DNA from: Harriotta raleighana
Taxonomy: Eukaryota
Reading direction: 5' to 3'
Assembly: GCA_050575255.1 (NCBI GenBank)
Contig: JBNZDD010013732.1
Coordinates: 10,322,801 to 10,386,800 of the forward strand
DNA: 64,000 bases
Both the position numbers and the translations under genes were made by a program. Positions 1 through 12,014 of the stretch are shown here, in pieces (position 1 is the stretch's first letter; each line of letters starts with the position of its first letter). The notes beneath the pieces were generated by a model that was not told the origin of the DNA, did not search any database, and saw nothing but the letters and a program-made list of their open reading frames with translations.

Positions 1-1449
1 AAGAAGCACCTATATTGTTGTACAAATGATAAAAACACTACTTTACACGAACAGACTCTCGAATGTCTTAAATAATAGGCAAAGATAATAAAATTCGACA
101 AAATAACACCTCATTTAGAAAGTGTGAAAACATAAGATTGCCTAAAAAAAAATCCCTTAAGATTTCTGCAGTATTTCACTTTGTATTGGATTTTACATGA
201 AGCAAAATGCTTTTATTTACTATATATTTTAATGTGAAGTGTCAAGTGGGTTCATCAATTTTTGGAAAATCTGTTGAAATTCCCACGAGGAATCACTTCT
301 TGGGACACAATAAAAAGTAATTTTAAGATACAGTGTTTCTGTTTGTTTATGTACAAAGACCATATGATATTGATAAGTAATATTGACCACCGATGCTAGA
401 AATCCTAAGCCCCCGCATGGAAGCAATTTCAGTCCAATACATTTCAGTTTGTTCAAAGTCATTTCAGTCACTTTCTTTTATTGAAAATGTTCAGAATATT
501 GAATGGAACCATGAAGTTTGCCTAATTAGGCTTAATTACAAGCAAATTGTTTTTTATGTCGGGTAGCACTGAAAAAACACCAAAGGCAGAAAGTGAAAAG
601 CAGATCAACGGTCATCTGCTGCTTATCAGCTCTCACCCTTGGGATGTAATCATCCGATTTTCAAAGGCCTTAATTTTACTTAACTATTTGGAGAAACGCC
701 AAAGAAAGACCGGCGTGAACAGAGTATCATTATCGTAAATGCCACGTGGTATCAAGGATCACTAACAACATTGCGAGTTGCGTGCTAATTAGAATATCTC
801 AAATGAAGTTTCCCCTCCCTGAAAAGCCATTCACATTGCTTCAGTTCAGGAGCTGCAAAAGCATAGACTGAGCTCGGTGATGCCAGCTCATTTTCCCAAC
901 ACACAAAACTATGGGGGTGTGGGAACTGTGAGAGAGAGATAAAGATGCCAGAAGCTTGCAACTGGAGCCGCTCACAGTCATCCACTGATGGGAATCTGAC
1001 GGTTACAAGCAGTACATCAGCAGGATTGTGGAATTCCCATTTCTAAAAGTAGTACTGTAGTAACACAATCAGTATATTTGATATTGTGCATTTCATATCA
1101 GGAGGATGTTTCAAAGTGCTTTACAGGATATATTGTAAAGTGGAATGNTCCCTGAAAAGCCATTCACATTGCTTCAGTTCAGGAGGATGTTTCAAAGTGC
1201 TTTACAGGATATATTGTAAAGTGGAATGTATGTATTTTGTGGGCAATACTGTAGTAGAATGTGGGGATCCTATAAGAAGCCTGTGAGGTGCTGCCAATAA
1301 CTAACAGGATTCTTTGTTGGTAAAACTTGATAGAAAATAGTCAAAAAATAATAGAAAATAATAACATTTTCAACCTCATTTTCATAGTTGGAATAATTGT
1401 TGATAGATTAGCATCTGTGTTAATGTCTGATCTGTTGTTGTGAACCGGA

Positions 1450-2450
1450 TCCTTATGAAGGTACAAAACATTGGCTTGAAATGTTTGATATATACACTGA
1501 GAAGGAGTGGGTCACGGGCAGTAACAGAATAACTTCAAGAGAATACCACATTGGGCAGACAAGTCCATGGTGGAAGGTCATAATCTTCAGAAGGTGGTTG
1601 AGTGAATCCTGAATGGAAAATATTAGGATGTGGAGGGTCCAGCTGGCTTTTTGTATGATAGCACTCAGTCCACTCATAGCAAAATGGCTGCAAATCTTCA
1701 GTACCTGTAGACTGCATCAAGAATGTTCACTTAGATGAGGTATTGGGTTGCACTTTGGAAAATAAAAAAGGCAGCAAAAAAAACCCCCTGGATTTCCAGT
1801 CTGAACTTTTAATTCCTTAAATGAGATCTCAAATATCCATACAAGGGGGTCATTCAGTATGATGCTCACCTCAGTGATACTATTTTTTCTTTTACTTTCT
1901 CCTTTTAATTTCTGTCCATCTGGTAGTAGCCCCACAATCCCAAAGACCAAAGATCACATGATCTGCTGAAATGCTTGTTTCAGTAACTACAAGATCCCAG
2001 TTGAAAGACCCAGTATTCTCATTTGAACTGCCTTGGGTTGTCCTCCTGACATGAAAGGCGCTACACAAGTGTAATTTTGTTGTTGTTGTTGAAGACAGTT
2101 GTGGGCAGGGGCTTTGAATGTTTTTTATTCACAGTAATATTCAGTGATGAGAAATCATCGGCTTTGGAATGATAAATTTGAAAGCCAAGCAAAATTTTTC
2201 AAAGTCTCTTGCACCTGTTTACACTAATACAACATATGCTTCTTTACTTTATTGTCATAGAAACAGCTGTTTTGTTGTCTATTTGATTTCCTCCAACATT
2301 TATTTATTTTTTGTAAGTTGTTTAGAGTTTTCCTGTGACAAGGTACCATCTTTGCCTGAGGTGATCCCAGGACACTGTTGTTTAGGGAGGCACTTGAGAG
2401 GTACCTGTCCCTTTTCGACTGAATCACAATCTCTGCTTTCCCACAAGGTA
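1450..2450 (-). mobile_element. Highly decayed L1/Tx1-like LINE ORF2 remnants
   Basis: Minus-strand peptides occur in the expected order: GITSGKDG (cf. GKTPGxDG), then GIVGLLP...VSIILND...IFEISFKELK (cf. VITLLPK..PVSLL.D.KIF...LK), then a C-terminal-like segment. Very degenerate. Confidence 0.3.
2028..2091 (+). mobile_element. L2 LINE 3'-terminal stub with (TTG)n tail
   Basis: ccttgggttgtcctcctgacatgaaaggcgctacacaagtgtaattttgttgttg matches the 3' end of the RT-bearing L2 at 10538-11716. Confidence 0.85.
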
Positions 2451-2575
2451 GTTTGCTGAATAAACAAAGTAAAAATCACAGATAAAAATGCCACCATCCC
2501 ATTCTTAGCAGAACAGTGCTACCTCTCTCTGATTCTCCATCTTGTCTTGCATTATTTATTTATTTATTATCATCA

Positions 2576-3035
2576 GGTGCCAGTCTGGCTCAGCTGTTAG
2601 CACGCTTACCTCTGAGTCAGAAGCTTGTGGGTTCAAGTCCCACGTTCAGATTTCAAGCTCATAGACTTGGCTGAAACTCCAGTGAAGTGCTGATGGAGCA
2701 CCATATTGTCGGTGGCAGTGTCCTTTGGATGAGACATTAAATTGAGGTCCCATCTACCTGTTTAGCTGCACATGCATGATCCCTTGCTACTATTCAATAT
2801 GAGAAGGGAGTGTCTTGGCTAACAAACAATAAAATTGGTCATTCACTCTTGGCTGTTTGTGGAACATTGCTTTGTGGAAATTGGCAGTTGATCTAAATAC
2901 AACAATAACAACAAAATTACACTTGTATAGCACCTTTCACGTCGGGAGGATGTCACAAAGCACTGTAGCATGCAAATACATGCTCTTTGCGTGCTACAGT
3001 AAATCTATGAGACCTTTTGAAGATGCAATAAGATA
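2576..3035 (+). mobile_element. SacSINE1-like tRNA-derived Deu-domain SINE
   Basis: A box tggctcagctgttag, B box ggttcaagtcc, body ctttggatgagacattaaattgaggtccc and Deu-type gctgtttgtggaacattgctttgtggaaattggc. Interrupted by an L2 stub. Confidence 0.8.
2899..2965 (-). mobile_element. L2 3' stub inserted into SINE
   Basis: acaacaaaattacacttgtatagcacctttcacgtcgggaggatgtcacaaagcactg is the reverse complement of the L2 tail. Confidence 0.85.
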
Positions 3036-4199
3036 TCCTTGGGCCTGCACATGTGTGGATTTCCACCAGCCACTCACTTAGTGTGTGCTCACATCTCACT
3101 GTCTTTCAATGGCCAGGCAGATCGACTTTTCTCAGGGTGAATCCTATGAGCAAAATATAGTTTATTCGCTACCTTCTACTCACATGGTACAAACAATTAT
3201 AAAGGTGGTATTGGTATTTACAGGTATTTTTCAACATTGAAGAAACCTGGTGCTGAAAAATACTGTCCAGCATGGCAATTACATTTAGCTGGAAATTCCA
3301 GCTCACCAGATCGGACTCTGCCACCAATGGTCCAGCTAGTCAGGGTATTAGTGTATATACATACAATTTATTGTGGTAACATTACCTGTTCATTTTTGTT
3401 GCTTACATTTTATTCTACACCTCAAAAGATTTCACAAGCTTTTAAGTTCCAAATGTTATAGTTCTTCAGTGGTAAATATCGCCACTTACCACGAGTAAGT
3501 CTTTAAGATCAGGATGAACACAAAATAAAATTCAGTGTCCAAGTATTTTGTTTAAACTAGACTGTGCTTATTGATCTTATTATTGGCATTAACCTTACTG
3601 GAGATCTTGATTGCACTACAAAAATACAGTGAATGGGAATCAAGTCTGGTTCCAATACCAAGTTATCAATTCTAAATTGAATCCAACAAACGTCCCAAGT
3701 TTTTTCAAAAAATCTTTTAAAAAATTGCTTTTATTAATATTAAAAACACCGATAGAACTGATTGAGCAAGTCACATAGGCTAGTGAAGATATTTCAGAAA
3801 CAGCATAAGCTCTGACTAACTGCTCTCACACACAGGAAGATTTATGCAAAAGAACCAAGTAGGATTCTACAAGGTAAATCTTGATTAATTTTTTAACCAC
3901 CTTCTTTTAGTGAAACTCCCAACAGAATAATAGAAAGCTAATTCAAAACACTTGTGCTAGTATTGTAAGTAGATTCCTCAAAATGAATTAATAGCAAAAA
4001 TCTTTTTTTAAGATTTGTGGATTTTCCTTTTCTAGTATGGATGTCATCTGAACTGTGCTTATTTTACCATTTTATAATTTACTTAAACAATCCATATGTT
4101 TTGGACACTGAACAGAGAAGAAAACACAGGAAAATTTATATTGTCCATCCTCCATTATTCATATTTATCTTAACGTTGAGTGTTGGTAGGTTATTCGAA

Positions 4200-4440
4200 T
4201 GGCCATGATCCTGTCCTCAGCTAATGTCCATATTTATGCAACTTTAGCAGGGGCCATTGGATAGCAATCAGAACCGTGAATGCTGTGTGATTTTCTCCTT
4301 AACTCATAGCATTGAAGCCAAATGTAATGATCCTTGGGTCTCTCTGGCTGAGATCAGGAAACTTGGCACAGACCCACCAGAATTTTTCCTTACCTATGGC
4401 TCAGTTGCTCAGTGAATTAACTCGATGAGTTGTCAGGAAC
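4200..4440 (-). mobile_element. Ancient tRNA-headed SINE-like repeat, unnamed (family X)
   Basis: Reverse complement contains tgatctcagcc, tgattgctatccaatggcccctgct and ggacattagctgaggacagg, shared with copies at 27.1, 39.4, 46.6 and 54.6 kb. Confidence 0.55.
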
Positions 4441-4959
4441 TTTATATTTGGTCACGAGTAAAAAAGTATGCTCACAGTGAAAATATAATTTATCCTTCGG
4501 TGCAATATGGATTCCTCTTCTTTGCAAGAATACAGATACTTAACCAAGCAACACTCAATATCTTTCCTCATCTACTTTGTAACATCACAGTTCACACACT
4601 AGCAGTTTGTAGATTTTATGAAACTGAAGTTCCATGCATATTATGAAAGCTCCTCTGACAGAAATTACAGTCTATTAGTTTGAAATTGAAATAATCCTGC
4701 TCAGAAAATATACATAAACTGCAGATGCATGTACAGGAACTATAATAGGAAAAGTGTATCATAGAAAATCTCTCAAATGTATCTCTGTGCAACTATTCCA
4801 CAAACAAAAAAAAACCTTCCACATTCTTTGCAGTCACAAGCACATATGTCCCAAACTACCTATACAGTATATCCTATAATGTTATTTCCTTAAAGAAAAC
4901 TACCTAATCTGTGTTTGATTATTACTCCTGCTTTAACTATCTCCCCGGGGTGTTTGCTT

Positions 4960-5165
4960 AGATACATTCAGAATTTACAGATCCTTTTCATTTTCCATAT
5001 ATATTATTTTCCTTCTGTTCAAATAATAGTCCCTTCCAGTATTTTTTAATCCACATGTTCTTTATATTTCTCTACATTGAATTTCATCTGCCGCCGATCT
5101 GCCCAATTCCCAAGTTTGTTCCAATTCTCCTGTAACCTATCTTATTCAGCTTCTCAATTTACCAT
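4960..5165 (-). mobile_element. CR1 LINE RT fragment
   Basis: Minus strand translates RLQENWNKLGNWADRRQMKFNVEK, the CR1 WAxxWQMxFNxxKC motif. Confidence 0.75.
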
Positions 5166-5289
5166 TTTCATTTTAACCAGTTAAAAATAGATAGCAAAAC
5201 ATGGAACAATAGTCTGTAACTGAGAAGACCTGGACCATGGACCTGAGGCACGTTAATTTACACTTTTTATCTGTAGAAGGCGCACTGTG

Positions 5290-5630
5290 GTCAGGGATTC
5301 TTCCAACTCAGCTCCTGTTAACCCTCACAAGCCAAAGCCCTCACTGGTTCGGTGGTCCAAACTGGAAGCAGATGCTTTAATGAGCAAGCTATGCAGTTTT
5401 AGCTGGTTTAATTTTAGCACTAACCCAGTCCAGTTCTGGGTCCCCAAGCCTTGTCTCTTGCAAACTTGGGCTTAATACTCTCAGTATGCAACCAGTAGTA
5501 TGTGCCCTTTGGGAAGAGAATGTATATTCTATTTCAAACATGTGTAGGTAGCACCATGGAACTCTTTGTCTGGTTGGGATATTCTTAAACATGGTGATGG
5601 GTTTCCACATGTGTCAGATTATAGGCTGAT
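5290..5630 (+). repeat. Unnamed ancient interspersed repeat (family Y), copy 1
   Basis: Colinear with the reverse complement of 59300-59700, e.g. cagggattcttccaactcagctcctgttaaccct and ggatattcttaaacatggtgatgggtttcca. Confidence 0.75.
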
Positions 5631-6819
5631 AAAAAACAAAACCTGTAGGGAAGAGGAGTATGTGCTTAAATTGCTGTGACACATGAAGCTGATACACCAG
5701 GCACTGAATGCCTCTGTGAAAGCTGCTTCTATTTGTGTAACCTATGTGCGTCCGACAAAGACCTGTCAAAAAGAAGCCACTATACTCACTGCGTGATCAC
5801 AAGCTGTCATGATGGACGAGAGCTACGAGTCTTTCTGTAGACAGTCCGTCTGGATTGTATAGATCATTATGTGAAAAACCTGCAGGAATTCAGTGCCCAG
5901 ATGTGGAACAGCATGATTCTCTGCTCCTTATGCTTGTTACTTAGCAGACGACTGCTATCCTTTCTTGTCTGCTCGTTATGTGGATTATTTTATGTAAATC
6001 TCAGAAGTTGTACGCCTTTTGCCTTTGAAAAATTCATCTTCCCTGCTGATGCTTTTAGTGTCTTGTTATTGACCTATTGTACAAGTGTGAATGTACAAAG
6101 GCAAATTCAAAATATGCAGTAAGTACTGTAGTTGGATTAACTCTTTTGATATTGTCTCATAATTAGTGATTTGAGGTTTCCTGTTTGGATCTATGCTCAT
6201 TTGTACAGGTTTTGGAAAATTAATTCCTCAAAGAAAACACAAGTGACACACAATTCTTTATGAGACCTTGCTAACACAAATCGAGGCTGTATTTTCCTTT
6301 AAGAATAGTTGTTAATCTGACGAGAGTTACCTGTGAAGCATTTAGGAGATACTTTAATGCCATAACGTGGTACAAAAAACAAAACGCATTATTTATTGGT
6401 GAAGATACAAGTTTGATTCAGGTAAGGTATAGCCTTCATACTATGTTGTTGCAGAACATAATAACCTACTTTGTGTGGCCACAACCACACAGCAACTCGT
6501 TATAATAGCCTACCCCCAACTACAGCAAATATTTGTCATGCGTCAAGCTTGTCAGTTTTCATCTCATTCAGTGTTACCTCCATACATCGATGGAAGAAAC
6601 CATTTAAAAGATGCATGATGATTCAGAGTCAAATAATTTCAAGAAAGCTGTTCTTGCTATCTCATTCAATCCATCAATCTACAATCTATCAGAGTGAAGC
6701 ATTTCATTTATACAACCAGTAAATTGGTGTTCAAATGAACACATGGTAATGTAAGAGAGCTAATCTTACAAATAATTCACTCCAATAAGGTGGTTTAGTG
6801 GAATATGAGCCGCCCCGGG

Positions 6820-7395
6820 TAAGGTTCCAGTGTCAAGACATTTCTGTCTATCTGAAGACAGGTGGAATGGTGTATAGAGAAGAAGCTACTGGGCCAAAGT
6901 ACAGAAAAGAAAAATGATGTCACCCAACAACCAAAGTAGGAGTAGCATTCAATATGGCACAAAGATGCCATTTACAGTTCACCTGTAAATACACAGTCGC
7001 TACACTTTACAGAAAACTCTTGAGGTGTTTCGATGTTATAGATGCTATATCAAATGAAAGATCTTCATTAGCATTAATACTAGCATGCTCCACAAACATT
7101 TAACAGTAATAATCCTTGTATTTGATTCAGCGCCATTTGTGTCGGGAGGATGCCTCAAACTTTTCGCAGGATTCACTGAAAAGTGTTGTTACTGTATTTT
7201 TTTTGTAGGTGAATGGAGATAATATATCAAATACAAAAAAAAAAGAATTGTTATTTCTATGTTGCATACTGCAATATATGTTTTCTTTTGTAACAGATTT
7301 TCTAGTAAGAAATATGGGATTTCTGTATAAAGCGGTTTGAGACATTGTTAAGATGTGGAAAGCATTATATAAATGTAAGGAATATTATATTATTA
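6820..7395. mobile_element. Cluster of decayed Deu-SINE body and tail fragments
   Basis: Plus-strand body/tail at ~6820-7065, minus-strand tail at ~7108-7190, plus-strand tail at ~7320-7395 (agcggtttgagacattgttaagatgtggaaagcattatataaatgtaagg). Confidence 0.5.
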
Positions 7396-8682
7396 TAAAG
7401 AATGTGCATTCAATAAGTTTAGAAATTTGATAATTACATATGTTGTATTTGGAAATCTGTAAGAAATACCATGGATTAGACCCCAATGAAACTAAAGAAG
7501 TATCAAAGCTGGAACTTGTAAGTGGAACTATTCTATTCTCAAAATATAGAAACATAGAGATGCACATGGGATGGGATTGATGCTACTTAGCAAGTCTTTG
7601 TTCCCGTTGTAACAAATTACAAGTAGCAGCAGCATTTTAACATCAGTCACTTGGTTTTCCACATGTTGAAAATAAAGTTGAACTCAAGATATTGATCTGC
7701 TGACCCTCTATTGAGCTTTTAGTAATGCCAAGTACGAGCCCACCTGCTTTCAAACAGACTGTCAGGTAAACATCATAATAGCCTCCGGCTTGCCTGCCTT
7801 TGGTTTCCTTACCTTCTGTGGTTTTGCAGAAAAACTAATGTGATTAGATTGGACTTTAGTTCACGACTGGCTGCTATCAAGTTGCTGTGCCAGCTGTCTA
7901 AGAGACACTCAGATCTGCTTGATGCTGACCCTACCCATTGTTCTTGCAAAGACTAAGTCCTAACATCCTGCACTATCAGAGTGACTAGAGCTTGAACCAG
8001 CTGTTAACATTATTGCACAGATATTTAAAAGATTACGCTAAAATAATGCACGAGATTGGCACTGATTACTGCACAATTGACCCACTGAAATTTAACAGCA
8101 AGAGACAGGAATTTAATTCTGGAACTTAAATAAAATTAATTTTATACTATCAATGAAACTGACAGGACTATACTTATGATTTATGGTTGTTTGGCATTGT
8201 TAGGGGATTCCAAATGTAAATGAGTGCAGGAAATGCAGCTTTACCTCACTTGCTTTTGAAGGGATTTTTGCTCAGTATTACACGTCCTTAATCTTAATCT
8301 TGTCTTTATTTTCAATGTCTGAAAACAAAAGATGATGCAGAAGAGCATGTTGGTCTACGGAACAGGATTTGTCACAGCTGATCTGCTCTGTCTTTTCCAC
8401 TCTCTGACTGGCTTTCTTTGGAGACTTGACCTGAAAGCGCTTGCTTCTGAGCTGCAAATGACACTCATCCTGCCTTCAGCTCAAATGGATGGTCATTGTT
8501 GGTCATTTACACCCAGCAAATTTCCAGTCAAGCCTGTCTGCCCTTCTACTTGTCAGGGCTCTGGCGGCACATCCTGGATTTGTAATACGACGTAGTTCCA
8601 GTGGAACCAGCTCTGGAGAAACCTTAATTTCACCACGCTGCATTCATGACACTCGGAGCTCACAATTCACCCATCTTACTTT

Positions 8683-8750
8683 CAGCACCATGGGACGTCC
8701 TCCTCACGTGAAAGGCACTGTACAAGTATAATTTTGTAGTAGTAGTTGTT
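8683..8750 (+). mobile_element. L2 3' stub
   Basis: cagcaccatgggacgtcctcctcacgtgaaaggcactgtacaagtataattttgtagtagtagttg. Confidence 0.85.
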
Positions 8751-9580
8751 ATTTGTTTTACACGTGAGGAATAACACCATACAATTTATAAACTTTTGTG
8801 TGCCCAATTCCTTGAGGTGATAAACTGGAGTAGTTACCACAACAGGATGTTTTTGGCAGACAAAGCTCCTGGAAGTACTCACTTGCAGGCTCCACTATGT
8901 TGACCCTAACACCTGTCCACCACCCCCAGGGAAAGCTGACATTGTTGGAGGAAATTTGTTTGGAACTGTGTTCCAGACTTTTATGCTGGTTTCAATGAGA
9001 ACAATGATGCACTTCTTTGGGAAATGTACCCATTCTCTCCCCCCAACCACATTCCCCCTCCCTCCACCACCCTCCCCAGCATTTGTAACTAACTCTAACC
9101 TAGTTTTATCGCAAGATGAAACAAAACCGTACACACATAGCATCCGATAATCTAATTTTATTCAGAAATGTATTGTTTGAATAGAGATTCAGTTGTGGGA
9201 TACAAATAATGTATTCATTCTGTCTCCCATGGTAGCAATAACAGTTTGTATTTCCTCAAAGAAAAGCAATTTCCATTTAAAATATATTGCAGTGTTAGAT
9301 TTTTTTTCACTTTGATAGCTACCTTTAATATAGTCTGCAGTTTGTCTGTGGATTTGAAAGCATGGCACTAAAGGTAAACCTCATGTGTACGCGGGGAGAA
9401 GAATGGACTGCAGCAAAAGGTGAATAGAAACCTTCTTGTGGGAGCGTGTACAATGATGAGATTTCTCTTGGATAATAGGGAAATTCTCACAACTTTTTGA
9501 TCACCCTGTAAATAATGATTCTACGTAAAAATGTCCGAAGGTTTACCCCTCAACAAAAGTAAAACAAAACAAAATAGAAT

Positions 9581-10030
9581 GGAGCTCCCTAATGTCTCAG
9601 CTGGTTGAACTACTCACTGTCTAGTATGCAGTCAAGTCATACAGGGCACGAGATCTCAGTTTGGATCCCAGGATCAGTACTCTGGGACATTGCCTTGCAT
9701 GAGGGCCCTATATAAATGCATGTTGTTGTTGTTGTTAAATCATAGAATCTTACGGCACAAAAGGAGGCCAAGCGGCCCATCGAGTCTGTGCCAGTTCATT
9801 AAAAAGAGCTGTTCAATCCCACTCCCCAGCTCTCTCCTCATAACCACGCAAACCTGTCCTCCCCAAATCCTCTCTTTTAAAAGTTGTTATCGAATTGTTG
9901 TTGTTGTTGGACATTGCTCAGCTTGTTGCTCTCAATTAGGGAAGTGCATGGCAATTGATGTCAAAGTCCCCTGAGCTAAACAGAAGAAAATAATCCTTCT
10001 GGGGTTGCAGTTCCTGATGTCTCCAGTCTG
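9581..10030 (+). mobile_element. Family X SINE with nested L2 stub and CR1 tail
   Basis: tRNA-like head ggagctccctaatgtctcagctggttgaa. The insert at 9694-9908 is flanked by GGACATTGC repeats, and the body resumes at ~9918. Confidence 0.55.
9738..9892 (-). mobile_element. CR1 3' UTR tail
   Basis: aatcatagaatcttacggcacaaaaggaggccaagcggcccatcgagtctgtgcc is the reverse complement of the CR1 terminal hairpin plus ATTCTATG repeat. Confidence 0.8.
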
Positions 10031-10381
10031 ATACTGGTATTATTGGAGGTGCAGTCTTTAGGATGAGACACTAAAACAAGGTCCCATCTGCAGTTTCAGG
10101 TTGATGTTAAAGATCCCATGACAATATTCAAAAGGACAAGGCATTGAGGACAAGGGGATGGGACATGGAGCAGGCCAGAGCCTGCTGAATGGAGGGGACA
10201 ATGCCTACTGATGTCCAAGCCAACAATCCCTCAACAAAATGAGCATTCACTTTGGGGCTGTTGTGGGACATTGTTGTGTGCAAATTGGTATCCACATTCA
10301 TCTATAAATAGTCACTGCACTTTACAGAAAACTCTGTGAAGCGTTTGGAGATATTTCAAAGCAAAATTTAAATGCAAGATT
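10030..10381 (+). mobile_element. SacSINE1-like SINE, 5'-truncated
   Basis: ggaggtgcagtctttaggatgagacactaaaacaaggtccc, aaagatcccatg, tgtgggacattgttgtgtgcaaattgg and ctgtgaagcgtttggag. Confidence 0.75.
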
Positions 10382-10537
10382 ATATGTGATCCTTGCTAGA
10401 AGTGCACTTGTCTGAGCTTTGGACAAAAGAACTCTCAAGACCTCTTTGTATTTTAAATATTTCCAAATTCCTTAAAAAGTCCTTTCTATCTGGTACTGTT
10501 ATAATTCCATATTACAGTATTTTTCCAGCAAGAATTC

Positions 10538-11716
10538 AACAACAATAAAATGACATTTATAGAGCGCCTTTCACTTTGGAAGGACGTCCTAAGGTGCTTA
10601 ACAGTTAGGTCAGGACCTGAGCGGGGGGGGGGGGGGGGGGAGGNAGGACCTGAGCGGGGGGGGGGGGGAAGAGTAGGGGCAGGGGGAAAGAAAATAGGAA
10701 AAGCTGGAGAGTTAGGAGGGGAACAGAAGGCACGGACGAAGAAGAAGGTCTTGAGACTGGCCTTGAAGGAGGAAAGGGAGGAAGCGAGACAAAGGGATTG
10801 CAGGATGGAGTTCCGGAGTGTGGGGGCAGAGAGGCTGAAAACCCGGCCACAGATGGTAGGGCGGTTCAGGGGGATGCGACATGGAGCAGGCCAGAGCCTG
10901 CTGAATGGAGGGGACAGGCAGGGTGATAAGGAGACAGCAGGTCAGAGATAGGCGGGGTCAGTCAAGGCCATGAATGGCCTTGAAAGTGAGGACGAGGATC
11001 TTGAATTCGATCCTCTGGTGGGATGGGGAGCCAGTGTAGAGGGCGAGGGTGGGAATGATGTGGTCGCGGAGCCCAGAGCGGGAGATTACGCGAGCTGCAG
11101 AGTTCTGAATAATCTGATCTTGTGAAGGGAGGAGCTGGGAAGGCCGACGAGGAGAGAGTTCCCGTAGTCGAGCCTAGATGTGATGTTCCCGTAGTAGAGC
11201 CTCCTGACGTAAAAGGCGCTCTATAAATGTAATTTTGATTGATTGAATGCGTGGATTAGTGTTTTGGCAGCATGGGGGGTGAGGTAGTGGCGGAATCTGG
11301 CAATGTTGCGGAGATGGTGGAAGGCATGGATTTGGGGGAAGAAGGACAGTTGAGGGTTGAACAAGACGGCCTAGATTCCTGACTGACTCTGAGGGGTGGA
11401 GAGTACAGCCTTGATTGCTGATGTTGCCAGCGCCCGAGGTGTGGAGGCGCTAACGTGAGCCAATCAGGAGGGCCTCTGTCTTGTTGACATTTAGTTGGAG
11501 GAAGTTGTCCCTTATCAGGAATCAATGTCGAACAGACACACATTCAAGAAAGTCAGTAGTCCTGAAATCGAGGGTGAAAGGAGAAAGGTAAAGTTGGGTG
11601 TCATCTGCATACATGTGGAAATTTACCCCATTTCTGCAGATGATGTCACCAAGGGGGAGCATGTAGAGGGTGAAGAGGAGGGGGCCAAGGACAGAGCCCT
11701 GGGGATCGCCGCATGA
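10538..11716 (-). mobile_element. L2 LINE, 5'-truncated, with RT catalytic region
   Basis: Minus strand from ~11713 reads [44 protein letters not shown], then NFLQLNVNKTEALLIG and the C-terminal region, 3' UTR and (TTG)n tail. Stops, frameshifts and a deletion are present. Confidence 0.93.
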
Positions 11717-12014
11717 GGTTCAGAGATTCATTGGGTTGCAGTGAATTCATTTTCTTTTTCCTGTATCCTGAGAGGTCAGAACAAACATATATGTATGGTA
11801 TACTGTTCATGTATGTTTTCAGACATCTTTCATAATGACAGAATTCTCATTATGGATTGAATGATGTATTTTGCAGGCATGAAATTACATCAGCGATGCA
11901 CAACCAGGGATGCTGTGCATTTATCCCACTGTGAGGCACCTTTTGTAGTTTAAGTACACTCTGGAATCAGCTGAGCAATTGCACTGTTATTGCCCTGAAT
12001 TAGAATCTGTCCTT

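Noticed and set aside
3220-3305. Short inverted repeats (gtatttttca/tgaaaaatac, agctggaa/ttccagct) as a MITE or ncRNA
   Set aside because: Arms of 8-10 bp are expected by chance in AT-rich DNA, and there is no target-site duplication or second copy.
8330-8640. Possible coding exon in a GC-richer island
   Set aside because: All three frames after the best minus-strand acceptor stop early, and the plus-strand ORFs resemble nothing I recognise.
10612-10670. Tandem AGGACCTGAGC-polyG repeat or G-quadruplex
   Set aside because: The two copies straddle N10644, so this is an assembly overlap at a homopolymer.
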